64,000 bases of DNA, taken from contig OZ241362.1 in NCBI GenBank assembly GCA_965200315.1, positions 4,864,001 through 4,928,000 on the forward strand, written 5' to 3'. The translations under genes were made by a program, and so were the position numbers. Of this stretch, positions 9,731 through 18,844 are shown piece after piece. The stretch is from Candidatus Latescibacterota bacterium. Its GTDB lineage: Bacteria > Latescibacterota > UBA2968 > UBA8231. Numbering within the stretch: position 1 is the stretch's first letter; every line of letters begins with the position of its first letter. The notes beneath the pieces are model-generated. The model worked only from the letters and a program-made list of their open reading frames with translations, had not been told where the DNA came from and made no database searches.

Positions 9731-10228
9731 ATGCTGACAGATCGAGAAATTCAAGAATTGATACAGTCTCCCAAGAAAATTAAAGAGAGGAATCCTGATA
9801 GAGGATACAGTGAAGGAGATGGTCATAGACGTTGCAATCTAGTATTAGAAGATGACTCGGGTGGTGGAGGCATATTTTCTGTTTTCATTCGTCAGAATAC
9901 CTTTTTTATAGAAAATTTTTCTATTGGCTTGGTCTATAAAAAAGATAAAGAGGTCGGGTCCATAACGCTTATTCGCTACAATGGTCCGCACGGAGAAACG
10001 AGCCGGGATGAGGACGGTCATTACGCCAAGTCGCATATACACCGCGTAATTGCTGAGGAAGTTCGATCTGGCATCATGCAACCACAAGAAAAGCACAGAG
10101 AGATCACAGAAAAGTATAGCATATTTGAAGAAGCTCTCAACGCTTTCTTAGTCGATGTTGGTATAGTGAATGGCTCAGAATACTTCCCTGAGTTAAATCA
10201 ATTAGGGCTTTTCGATGGATATCAATAA
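9731..10228 (+). CDS. Hypothetical protein with RYNGPH...HIH motif (DUF6978-like)
   Basis: Low-GC 165-aa ORF with conserved-looking His residues; overlaps the next gene. Confidence 0.7.
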   Translation: MLTDREIQELIQSPKKIKERNPDRGYSEGDGHRRCNLVLEDDSGGGGIFSVFIRQNTFFIENFSIGLVYKKDKEVGSITLIRYNGPHGETSRDEDGHYAKSHIHRVIAEEVRSGIMQPQEKHREITEKYSIFEEALNAFLVDVGIVNGSEYFPELNQLGLFDGYQ

Positions 10229-10982
10229 AGTAAATCACCTACTCTGTGACCGAGCCAAGGCGAGTTTTGAGGTGTATGAACGAAGGCATGGGACGTATCA
10301 GCTTATAATCCCTATACTCCACGAAGACGGCGATATGGTGGATATTTATTTTCAAGATAGTCCTAAAGGTGAAAACTATGTCCGCGTATGCGACTTCGGC
10401 ATGGCTATTATGCGCCTTTCTTATGCCTATGAAATAAATACGGATTCCCGACGGAGAATTTTTGACAGCATATTAATGAACAGTGGCGTACAGAATGAAA
10501 AGGGAAACCTTTATTTAGATACTCCTCTCTCTATGCTTTATGAGAGCATTCTTCAGTTCGCAGGTTGCGTACAGAAAATATGTAATATGCGCTATTGGAG
10601 TAGAGAGATGGTCCGATCTACGTTCTACGAAGATCTTAAAGAGTATACAACAACAGAGTTGAGAAATTTTAGCCCGCAGCCAGACGTCACTCCTATTGCC
10701 GACTATGAATTAATCACTGTAGATTGGTCTTTGAGTCACAACAACCGTAAATTCTACCTTTTCGGAGTACGCGGAAATAGTAAAGCAAAAAGCACGGCTA
10801 TCGCATTGTTGGAGCTTAAAAGAGCGAGCCTCATGTTCACTAGTCTGGTAATACACGAGAACATGCTGGAACTAGGTACTAAGGAGGCCGCCTACCTTAC
10901 CAAGAATGCCGATAAGCAATATCTAAAGCTGGATGATTTCCGCGAAGACGGTATCCCTGACATTAATAGGCTGGCGGCATAA
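10215..10982 (+). CDS. DUF1828-like protein with a restriction-endonuclease-like C-terminal domain
   Basis: P..HEDGDMVDIY...VRVCDFG..MRLSY resembles DUF1828; the C-terminal half (F.EDL...VDWSL...FYLFGV) resembles the usual partner domain. Confidence 0.7.
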   Translation: MDINKVNHLLCDRAKASFEVYERRHGTYQLIIPILHEDGDMVDIYFQDSPKGENYVRVCDFGMAIMRLSYAYEINTDSRRRIFDSILMNSGVQNEKGNLYLDTPLSMLYESILQFAGCVQKICNMRYWSREMVRSTFYEDLKEYTTTELRNFSPQPDVTPIADYELITVDWSLSHNNRKFYLFGVRGNSKAKSTAIALLELKRASLMFTSLVIHENMLELGTKEAAYLTKNADKQYLKLDDFREDGIPDINRLAA

Positions 10983-11079
10983 TTAAAGAAGCTATGGACT
11001 TCTACTTATTCCAATAGCACTTAAGTACGTCCTAAGAAACTGTCTGAAAACCCACCTAGTAGATCGGGTTGAACCTCGG

Positions 11080-11308
11080 TCGGTCATTCCTGCACAAGCG
11101 GGGTTCGCCGTGGCACCCCATCTTTACGACGCCGGCCTGATCGTAAACACTAGGAATTACCTAACTGGCCCTGTTCAATAATTAAACGACTGAAATGCAG
11201 TTTTGTGCAATTGGACTCATATATCTCTGAGTCCGGTCGCTTGCATGCGGGAGTGACCGATGTCGTTCCCGCGAAAGCGGGTTTTACCGCGCCGCCCATT
11301 TTCGCGGG
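11080..11308. repeat. REP/MITE-like palindromic cluster
   Basis: Imperfect inverted repeat tcggtcattcctgcacaagcg (11080-11100) / cgcttgcatgcgggagtgaccga (11238-11260), then gtcgttcccgcgaaagcggg (11262-11281) and cccattttcgcggg. Confidence 0.6.
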
Positions 11309-11388
11309 CGCAAGCTTTTAGGCGTGACATCCAGATAAAAGGGCAACTAAGTTACTGCTGTTACGTTGCGTCCTCAGTATCCACCATC

Positions 11389-11434
11389 GGCCTTGCCGGA
11401 TTGAGGGCTCTTGCCCTCGATCCCAGCTAAGACC
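11389..11434. other. Long intergenic stem-loop upstream of the ABC permease
   Basis: ggccttgccggattgagggc-tctt-gccctcgatcccagctaagacc pairs along nearly its whole length. Confidence 0.55.
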
Positions 11435-11480
11435 TGAGGGTCGTATCCGAGTTGGGACACGAAAAGATCGGTATTATACC

Positions 11481-12386
11481 ATGCACGAAGCACTGACGCA
11501 GTATCGCCGGCACAAGGGGCTGTTGCTGCTGGTGGCACCGGGGCTGGCCTTTTTCCTCGTCTTCAATTACCTGCCCATGTTCGGGCTGGTGCTCGCCTTT
11601 AAGGAATTTCGTCTGAGCGCCGGCATCTTAGGCAGCGAGTGGAGCGGGTTGGAGAATTTTTTCCGCCTCTTCGGCGGGGCCGACTTTCCCAATGCCCTGC
11701 GCAACACGGTCACCATCAGCTTCTTGCGCCTGCTGTTCGGCTTTTTTGCGCCGATCGCGCTGGCGCTGATGCTCAACGAGATCCGCGTCTCTTGGTACAA
11801 GCGCACCGTGCAGACGGTGACCTATATCCCCTATTTTCTCTCGTGGGTCATCTTGGGCGGCATCTTTCTGATGATTTTCTCGCAGAGCGGACCGGCCAAC
11901 CAAATCGCCCAGCTCTTCGGAGTCTCCCCGATTGAGTTCCTCACCGACGATTTCTGGTTTATCGCGGTGGTCATTGTCACGGGGATTTGGCAGGCGGCTG
12001 GCTACGGGGCAGTGATTTACTTGGCGGCACTCGCTGGGATTTCTCCCGACCTGTACGAGGCGGCCGTCGTCGATGGGGCTGGTCGCTGGAAGCAGACCTT
12101 GCACATCACCCTCCCGGGGCTGGTGCCGACGATTATCACGCTTTTCATCCTCAATCTCGGCCACGTGCTCAACGCGGGCTTCGACCAGATTTACAACATG
12201 TACAATCCCATGGTGTACGACGCGGCCGACATCATCGACACCTACGTTCTGCGGCGGATCGTGCTAATGGACTTTGGGCTGGCTACCGGGGCCGGGCTTT
12301 TCAAATCCGTGGTCGGCTTGTTGATGGTGGTGCTGGCCAACTCGCTGGCCCGGCGGCTCAGCGGAGGGGAGCAGGGAATATGGTAA
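11481..12386 (+). CDS. Carbohydrate ABC transporter permease (LplB/YteP-like)
   Basis: YLPMFGLVLAFK, PYFLSWV and EAA loop LYEAAVVDGA. Confidence 0.92.
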   Translation: MHEALTQYRRHKGLLLLVAPGLAFFLVFNYLPMFGLVLAFKEFRLSAGILGSEWSGLENFFRLFGGADFPNALRNTVTISFLRLLFGFFAPIALALMLNEIRVSWYKRTVQTVTYIPYFLSWVILGGIFLMIFSQSGPANQIAQLFGVSPIEFLTDDFWFIAVVIVTGIWQAAGYGAVIYLAALAGISPDLYEAAVVDGAGRWKQTLHITLPGLVPTIITLFILNLGHVLNAGFDQIYNMYNPMVYDAADIIDTYVLRRIVLMDFGLATGAGLFKSVVGLLMVVLANSLARRLSGGEQGIW

Positions 12387-13258
12387 GCCGCACGCGAGGC
12401 GAGAAGGTTTTCAACGTCTTTAACTTGACGGTGTTGGGTTTGGTCGGGCTAATGGCGCTCTATCCGTTCGTGTACACTATTTCGATGTCGTTGAGCAGTG
12501 CCGCCGAAGCCATGCGCGCAAGTCTGCACCTCTACCCGAGTGACGTTTCGCTGACCTCGTACCGCATGGTGCTGTCCAACCCCGAGATCGTCACGGGGTT
12601 CACCAACTCGATCCTGCGCACGGTGTTGGGCACGGCGCTGACGCTCTTTTTTACGTGCCTGACGGCCTACCCGCTAGCGAGGCGCGAGATGCCGCACCGC
12701 AGTCCGCTGCTGTTCTTGGTGCTTTTTACCATGCTCTTTAGCGGCGGCATTGTGCCCAACTATCTGCTGGTCAAGAACCTCGGTCTGATCGACTCAATAT
12801 GGGCGCTGGTGCTGCCGCAGATGCTGACGGCCTTCAACATCATCGTGGTCAAGAATTTCTTTCAGGCCATTCCCGAAAGTCTGGCCGAGTCGGCCAAGAT
12901 CGACGGAGCTAGCGAGTTTAATATCCTCTTTAGGATATACGTACCTCTCTCCAAGCCCGTGCTGGCGACGATTGGGTTGTGGACAGCGGTGGCGCACTGG
13001 AACCACTGGTTCGACGCCATGCTCTACATCGCGTCGGACGAGAATCAGGTGTTGCAGACCTTTTTACAGCGGATCGTCATCGAGAACAGCGTCGAGTTGA
13101 TTGAGCAGGGGCTGGTTGATCCGAACATCACCGAGTTCACGCCCGAGACGATTAAGGCGGCGACCGTGGTCGTTACCATCCTGCCGATGCTTTTGGTCTA
13201 TCCGTTCGTGCAGAAGTACTTCGTGCGAGGGATTATGCTAGGGAGCGTCAAGGAATAA
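12380..13258 (+). CDS. Carbohydrate ABC transporter permease (LplC-like)
   Basis: TMLFSGGIVPNY, ESAKIDGA and YPFVQKYFVRGIMLGSVKE; ATG overlaps the previous gene. Confidence 0.92.
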   Translation: MVSRTRGEKVFNVFNLTVLGLVGLMALYPFVYTISMSLSSAAEAMRASLHLYPSDVSLTSYRMVLSNPEIVTGFTNSILRTVLGTALTLFFTCLTAYPLARREMPHRSPLLFLVLFTMLFSGGIVPNYLLVKNLGLIDSIWALVLPQMLTAFNIIVVKNFFQAIPESLAESAKIDGASEFNILFRIYVPLSKPVLATIGLWTAVAHWNHWFDAMLYIASDENQVLQTFLQRIVIENSVELIEQGLVDPNITEFTPETIKAATVVVTILPMLLVYPFVQKYFVRGIMLGSVKE

Positions 13259-13270
13259 ACGAGCCCCGTC

Positions 13271-14098
13271 TCACATCTGAAATCCGCCGGCCACTAACAT
13301 CGATACGCCGGTGAGGTACTCGGCTTCGTCCGAAGCGAGAAAGGCCACGGTGCGGGCCACATCCTCGGGCGTACCAATGCGGCCCAAGGGGGTTTGCGCC
13401 TCAAGGTCGTGGACTAGGGTGGCCGTGGTGTCGGCGTCTGGCTCGTCGCGCTGGGCGAGGCCCGCAGCGATGTAGTGGGTGCGCTCGGTGAGGGTGTTGC
13501 CCGGGCAGACAGCGTTGACGTTGATCCGGTGGGGGGCGAGCTCCCAAGCGAGGGATTGGGTAAAGCCGATGATGGCGAATTTGGACGTGCAGTACGCGGC
13601 GTAGCGCGGATATCCTTGGCGTCCGGCCGTAGAGGACATGTTGATGATCTTGCCGCCGTCGCCGCGATCGATCAGGTGCCGGGCCACAGCGCGCGAGCAG
13701 AGAAAGGTGCCCTTGACGTTGACCGTTTGCACTTGGTCCCAAGCGGCTTCGCTAAGATCGACGACTGGGACGCGATCGGGCCCGGGGCGCGAGCCAGCGT
13801 TGTTGACGAGCAGATCGATGCGGCCAAAGCGGGCGAGCGCGGCTTGCACCATGCCCTCGACTTGGGAGGCGTCGGACACATCGGCTTCCACCGCGAGGGC
13901 CTGCCGCCCGGCGGCTTCTACTTCGGCGACGAGGGCGGGCAGGCCGCCCCAGCCAGATTCGCTATAGGGCTGGGCGTGCAAGTCATTGACTACGAGGTTA
14001 CAGCCTTCGTGCGCTAGGCGTTGACAGATGGCGCGGCCAATGCCGTGTTCGCCGCCCGCGCCGGTGACGAGGGCGACTTTGCCGTTGAGATTGTACAT
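13271..14098 (-). CDS. SDR family oxidoreductase
   Basis: TGAGGEHGIG, NNAG and YCTSK motifs. Confidence 0.92.
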   Translation of the reverse strand: MYNLNGKVALVTGAGGEHGIGRAICQRLAHEGCNLVVNDLHAQPYSESGWGGLPALVAEVEAAGRQALAVEADVSDASQVEGMVQAALARFGRIDLLVNNAGSRPGPDRVPVVDLSEAAWDQVQTVNVKGTFLCSRAVARHLIDRGDGGKIINMSSTAGRQGYPRYAAYCTSKFAIIGFTQSLAWELAPHRINVNAVCPGNTLTERTHYIAAGLAQRDEPDADTTATLVHDLEAQTPLGRIGTPEDVARTVAFLASDEAEYLTGVSMLVAGGFQM

Positions 14099-14193
14099 GG
14101 GGTTCTCCGCATGATTAAAGAGTTGGGTAGCAGCATTGAGATGGCGGTGTGTATATCTCACATTCTTGTTGCTGTAGGAATTAGAAATGTCTA

Positions 14194-14592
14194 TTACGTT
14201 AACTGCTCGAACAGCGCGAATTTAGATGCTTTTTTATCAAAAGTGAGAACACCATCACAATTTGAAAATTTTGCTGAATGTGCAATTAACAAATCTGCAA
14301 GCTCTATTTTGTTTGTCTGAGCAGACGAGAGAGTTCTTTGTAGAGCAGATTGAGCCTCAAATATCAAAATGGGCATAAGGAGAAGTTTCTGCAGAGAGCC
14401 GCGGATTTCTTCGCGTGGAATCTCGTATGCAGATTCGAGTACCCAGATGGTTTCAAGCACTACGAGTAAAGGAACAAAAAAGAGTTCGTCTCTACTTTCT
14501 GCTCTTTTAAAAAGTTTGTACGCAATTTGTGCTTGTTTTTTATTATCCCTTACAAGAAAGCGAATAAGCACATTCGTGTCTAATGCTTTCAC
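14194..14592 (-). CDS. vapC: VapC-type PIN domain toxin
   Basis: ALDTNVLIR, E..WVL, ADLLI and TFDKK PIN residues; low GC. Confidence 0.9.
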   Translation of the reverse strand: MKALDTNVLIRFLVRDNKKQAQIAYKLFKRAESRDELFFVPLLVVLETIWVLESAYEIPREEIRGSLQKLLLMPILIFEAQSALQRTLSSAQTNKIELADLLIAHSAKFSNCDGVLTFDKKASKFALFEQLT

Positions 14593-14843
14593 TTAAAACG
14601 CACCTTCATTTTTTGCCTAATTCCAGACTTCATTTGGTGAACCGAAACAGGCTTTCTGACGAATTTATACAACTCGCCGAAAATTTCATCTACTTTTACT
14701 GTTTTGGTCATAGGCTTTAGAAGTGCTTCACCATTTTCTGTAAGCATAAAATCGACTTTATCGCCTTCTCGGAGTTGCAGAGCATCGCGAACGGTTTTGG
14801 GAATTGTGACTTGCCCTTTGCTTGTTAGCGTTGCTATTGCCAT
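14589..14843 (-). CDS. vapB: AbrB/MazE/SpoVT-family antitoxin
   Basis: TLTSKGQVTIPKTVRDALQL.EGDKVDF; 4-nt overlap with the toxin gene. Confidence 0.9.
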   Translation of the reverse strand: MAIATLTSKGQVTIPKTVRDALQLREGDKVDFMLTENGEALLKPMTKTVKVDEIFGELYKFVRKPVSVHQMKSGIRQKMKVRFK

Positions 14844-14868
14844 ACTGAGAGCCTCTTGTTGGGGTTTA

Positions 14869-14891
14869 TTTCTTACTTAGAAGTAAGGAAA
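14869..14891. promoter_or_regulatory. Probable vapBC operator palindrome
   Basis: Perfect inverted repeat cttactt-ag-aagtaag ~30 nt upstream of the antitoxin start. Confidence 0.6.
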
Positions 14892-15011
14892 ATGCTCCCC
14901 GAGCGCAAGGGAGGCAGATGACAAAGGCCAGCCCTCGGCAGCTCGCATCTGGACTAAGGCAAGGCGGTAGAAGCGGGACTGTCCTCGATAGTCGCCGCGC
15001 CCAAATCCGTC

Positions 15012-15038
15012 TTGACAGGGAGTTGAAAATACTATAGT
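15012..15038 (+). promoter_or_regulatory. Possible sigma70 promoter
   Basis: ttgaca ... tatagt, but the spacer is only 15 nt; RBS aaggag lies downstream. Confidence 0.35.
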
Positions 15039-15079
15039 TCAGGGTAAATCTGCATAACCGCTAGACAAAGGAGCGCGAA

Positions 15080-16231
15080 ATGGACCAAGTGCGAATTGGT
15101 ATTATCGGCCTCGGCGGCATGGGCAACAGCCACGCCACCTATCTTTCCCAAGGCCAAATTGCCGGTGCGGAACTTGCGGCCGTAGCCGACATCGATCCGG
15201 CCCGCCTTGCGGACGTGCAAGACAAATACGGCGCGGGCGTGCAAGCGTTCGCCGGGGCCGACGCTCTGTTTGCGGCCCAATGCGTGGACGCTGTGATCGT
15301 AGCTACCCCCCATTACTTCCATCCCCCGCTGGTGATCGAGGCGCTCGAAAACGGCCTGCACGCGATGAGCGAGAAGCCAGCCGGGGTTTATACGCGCCAA
15401 GTCCGCGAGATGAACGAGGCCGCGGCCAAAAGCGACCGGGTCTTTGGCATGATGTTCAACCAGCGCGCACGCGGCGAGCACCAGAAGCTGAAGTCGCTGG
15501 TCGAATCCGGCGAGTTGGGGCCGATTCAGCGCACAATTTATATCATCAACAACTGGTTCCGCGCCCAGAGCTACTACGATTCGGGTGGTTGGCGGGCGAC
15601 TTGGGCCGGCGAGGGCGGTGGCGTGTTGGCCAACCAGTGTCCGCACAATCTCGACCTGTGGCAGTGGATCTGCGGAATGCCGCAGCGGGTGCGGGCCTTT
15701 TGCCGCTTTGGGCAATACCACGACATTGAGGTTGAAGACGACGTAACGGCCTATGTCGAATACGAGAACGGAGCTACGGGTGTTTTTATCACCTCTACGG
15801 GCGAGGCTCCGGGGACCAATCGGCTGGAGATTTCAGCGGACCGCGGCAAGGTGGTGTTGGAAGGCGGCAAAATCACCTTTTGGCGCACGACCGAGTCGGC
15901 GAGCAAGTTCCTTGTGGAGTGGCCGCATGGATTTGGCAGCCCGGAGGTTTGGAAGTGCGAGATCCCGGGCGGCGGCGGCGCGGAGCACAAGGGGATTACC
16001 CAGAACTGGGTGCAAGCTATCCGCACGGGGTCGCCGCTGTTAGCGGCCGGGACCGAGGGGATCAACGGCGTGGAGTTGTCCAACGCGATGCTGCTTTCGA
16101 CGTGGACCGACGATTGGGTGCCTATTCCGGTGGATGAGGATTTGTACTACGAGGAGTTGCAAAAGCGGGTGGCCACCTCCAAGGTGAAAGAAGCGGGCGG
16201 ACAGGTGATGGACGTACAGGGGACGTTTTAA
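15080..16231 (+). CDS. Gfo/Idh/MocA oxidoreductase
   Basis: GIIGLGGMG, ATPHYFH, EKP and GGGVLANQCPHNLD. Confidence 0.92.
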   Translation: MDQVRIGIIGLGGMGNSHATYLSQGQIAGAELAAVADIDPARLADVQDKYGAGVQAFAGADALFAAQCVDAVIVATPHYFHPPLVIEALENGLHAMSEKPAGVYTRQVREMNEAAAKSDRVFGMMFNQRARGEHQKLKSLVESGELGPIQRTIYIINNWFRAQSYYDSGGWRATWAGEGGGVLANQCPHNLDLWQWICGMPQRVRAFCRFGQYHDIEVEDDVTAYVEYENGATGVFITSTGEAPGTNRLEISADRGKVVLEGGKITFWRTTESASKFLVEWPHGFGSPEVWKCEIPGGGGAEHKGITQNWVQAIRTGSPLLAAGTEGINGVELSNAMLLSTWTDDWVPIPVDEDLYYEELQKRVATSKVKEAGGQVMDVQGTF

Positions 16232-17742
16232 TGCGAAACCAACTCACCTTTGAATTTGCCGAGAAACCGCTTAGGATTTCTACTAAAACGGCGAGTACTC
16301 CTAAGGGCTATAAGGGTCTGTACGGATTTCATAAGTATTGGGGCAAAAAGCCCCACGAACCCTTGGCGTTCATCATTGAACAACTTACCAATGAAGGGGA
16401 CACCGTTTTCGATCCATTTGTCGGATCAGGTACTGCCGCTCGAGAATCTCTATTGCGAAGTCGCCGGTTTATTGGTTTCGATATAAATCCCATCGCTGTC
16501 GAGATCACAAAACTCTTAGTATCGCCACCGAAATACGAAGCTGTGTGGGACGCCTTCCAACATTTAAAGAAAAACGTCAAGGAGTCAATAGATCAAAGCT
16601 ATCTCTTACAGGATGGCCGGATCGCGTCTCATTACCTGTGGGAAAACAGCCATCTCCAACAAACTTGGTTACGCGGGGGGGGGGGAAATGCCCGTGAAGA
16701 ACTATCTCCAACTACACAAGATATGAAACTGATTGACAACTTCGACGGCTATCGAAGTCAATATCTCAGCCCCCCCCGATTCTTCTCTAATAGCCGGATC
16801 AACACACATCGGGACTTGACGATCTCTGATATCTTGACTGGTCGAGCACAGCACAACTTAGATTTGTTATTGAGTGAGATTGCTGAATTTTCCCCTGAGC
16901 TTGCGAACCCACTCAGGCTGTGCCTTACGGCGGCATCTGGCCAAATGACCAAAATGGTTTTTGCTATTACGAAAAGGGGAAAAACCTTTGGAAAGGCTGT
17001 GGATAAGGTCGAAGTAGGCAGTTGGGTCATTGGATACTGGTGTCCAGAATTGCACTTTGAAGTGAACGTGTGGAATTGCTTTGAGCGTCGCGTGACAAAA
17101 CTTCTAAGAGCGATAAAATCTAGAGATCCACTGAGTGGCTTACACGTATCTACCTCGCTTGCAGAGTATTATAGGGATACATTGCAATGTTGCATCGAAT
17201 GTACTCCGTGCCAAAATTCGGTTACTCGTATCAAAGATAATTCCGTGAAACTCATTCTTACGGATCCTCCTCATAGCGACCGTATTCCATATTTGGAGTT
17301 GAGCGAACTTTGGAACTCCATTTTAGGTGCCGAGCCGAATTTTGATGACGAAATAGTGATCTCCAATGCGAAAGAACGCGAGAAATCTCCGAATAGCTAT
17401 GAGATTGCTATGAGCGATTTTTTCTTAAAGTGTTCAAAAATCCTGCAGGATGACGGTTTTATCGTCCTCATTTATAATGCTAGGCAAGGGGACCGCTGGG
17501 GGTTTGTCAACCGACTAATCGAAGATTACCGTAAAAACCAACTTAACTACATTGGCCTTTTCCCGTGTAACTATTCGGCCCGGTCAGTAATTCAAGACAA
17601 TAGAAAGGGGGGGCTGAGAAATGATATTGCTCTAGTATTCGGTAATTCTTATGTCGACTCGGGTATAGTGTCCTCACTAAGCCATATACCAGGTTGGTCC
17701 GATAAGATACCACTTCACCAAAAGGCGAATAATGAACTTTAA
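16231..17742 (+). CDS. Amino-DNA methyltransferase (m6A or m4C; SAM motif precedes catalytic motif)
   Basis: HKYWGKKP, DPFVGSGT SAM-binding motif and TDPPH catalytic motif variant; low GC; TAATG overlap with the upstream gene. Confidence 0.88.
   Translation: MRNQLTFEFAEKPLRISTKTASTPKGYKGLYGFHKYWGKKPHEPLAFIIEQLTNEGDTVFDPFVGSGTAARESLLRSRRFIGFDINPIAVEITKLLVSPPKYEAVWDAFQHLKKNVKESIDQSYLLQDGRIASHYLWENSHLQQTWLRGGGGNAREELSPTTQDMKLIDNFDGYRSQYLSPPRFFSNSRINTHRDLTISDILTGRAQHNLDLLLSEIAEFSPELANPLRLCLTAASGQMTKMVFAITKRGKTFGKAVDKVEVGSWVIGYWCPELHFEVNVWNCFERRVTKLLRAIKSRDPLSGLHVSTSLAEYYRDTLQCCIECTPCQNSVTRIKDNSVKLILTDPPHSDRIPYLELSELWNSILGAEPNFDDEIVISNAKEREKSPNSYEIAMSDFFLKCSKILQDDGFIVLIYNARQGDRWGFVNRLIEDYRKNQLNYIGLFPCNYSARSVIQDNRKGGLRNDIALVFGNSYVDSGIVSSLSHIPGWSDKIPLHQKANNEL
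16675..16685 (+). repeat. G11 homopolymer inside the methyltransferase gene
   Basis: cgc ggg ggg ggg gga; additional C8 at 16770-16777 and G7 at 17607-17613. Confidence 0.9.
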
Positions 17743-18820
17743 TATGGCGCAAAAGTGGTTTCAACAGGACCGCATACGCGAGCTCGCTGAATCTTCCGAA
17801 GGTCTAAGGTTTCTCAAGCTCAAATCCCTTTCTCGTCGCAAGTACTTGGAATATCTCTTCTCCACTACGGGTATTGATCCTACTTCGTCTTCATCAAGAG
17901 ACTTGTTCAGAAAAGCACTTGAAACTTCTGCCCTAGATGATTCCACTATAGATAATGCCATCAAGTCGATTTACGCAGTTGAACGGGAACAGCGAAAAAA
18001 ATGCGAGGATGAATTGATCAATCAGCTATACCGATTAGAAGCATTTGATTGGGGAGGACTTCATCAAAATAGCCTTGAGAGGACAATTGTCAATAACTAC
18101 GTAAAAAAGATTCGAGATTACGACCAACTTTCTTATAATATCGAAAACGAACTACACAATAGCATGAGAGGCTATGTGCTTTGCTCTTGGTACAATCACT
18201 GGACATCAATAATCATAGAAGATATTTTCCGAGATCATTTATCCGTATTGCCTGCTGTTGGAGCAGTAAAGAAAATTGACTTCTTTATTAAAAATGTCCC
18301 ATTTGATTTAAAAGTCACCTATTTACCCGAAGGCTATATAAAACATTGTCGACAAGTTATAAATAAAAAGCCAGAACTTACGCTTTTAAAGCAATGGGCA
18401 CGTCGCTACAGAGTCACCTTTAGTAACAGCCTACCTGATAATCGGCTGCTCTCTGACTTGTGGAATAAGGCGAGCGACCACCCATCGAATGATTCTACTA
18501 AACTTTTATCCGAACTGAGCGATTTTCGAAAGCAACTTGTCAATAAAGCGAAATCAGATCCAGATTATCTTATTCAATGGCTCTATGAGAATCAAGGAGT
18601 AAATAGATTTGATGCATCTAATCGCCTTTTCCTCATCCTCGTAGACTATTCCAATTTCTTTTTATCGTGGAAATTGAAGCGTGCAAAACCACTCCTTGCC
18701 TCAGAAATTAGCAGCTATTTAGATAATACACCATCTTCTCCAGGTCGAATATTGGGCTTCACTTGGGAAGGAACGAATTATACGGTTGTATCGGACGCCA
18801 TAATCATCACTAAACCATAA
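17732..18820 (+). CDS. Putative type II restriction endonuclease
   Basis: Overlaps the MTase gene; E..F...IDFFI...FDLK resembles a PD-(D/E)XK core; low GC. Confidence 0.7.
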   Translation: MNFNMAQKWFQQDRIRELAESSEGLRFLKLKSLSRRKYLEYLFSTTGIDPTSSSSRDLFRKALETSALDDSTIDNAIKSIYAVEREQRKKCEDELINQLYRLEAFDWGGLHQNSLERTIVNNYVKKIRDYDQLSYNIENELHNSMRGYVLCSWYNHWTSIIIEDIFRDHLSVLPAVGAVKKIDFFIKNVPFDLKVTYLPEGYIKHCRQVINKKPELTLLKQWARRYRVTFSNSLPDNRLLSDLWNKASDHPSNDSTKLLSELSDFRKQLVNKAKSDPDYLIQWLYENQGVNRFDASNRLFLILVDYSNFFLSWKLKRAKPLLASEISSYLDNTPSSPGRILGFTWEGTNYTVVSDAIIITKP

Positions 18821-18844
18821 CAGATAAAATCTGGAATCAGCGTT

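Noticed and set aside
9676-9783. Short ORF MTVDTKDIKPAVNQSNKPD... ahead of the 9731 gene
   Set aside because: 35 codons, overlaps the next gene out of frame and has no recognisable motif
11987-12379. Extension making a 423-aa permease
   Set aside because: Overlaps the upstream permease; the plausible start is ATG 12380
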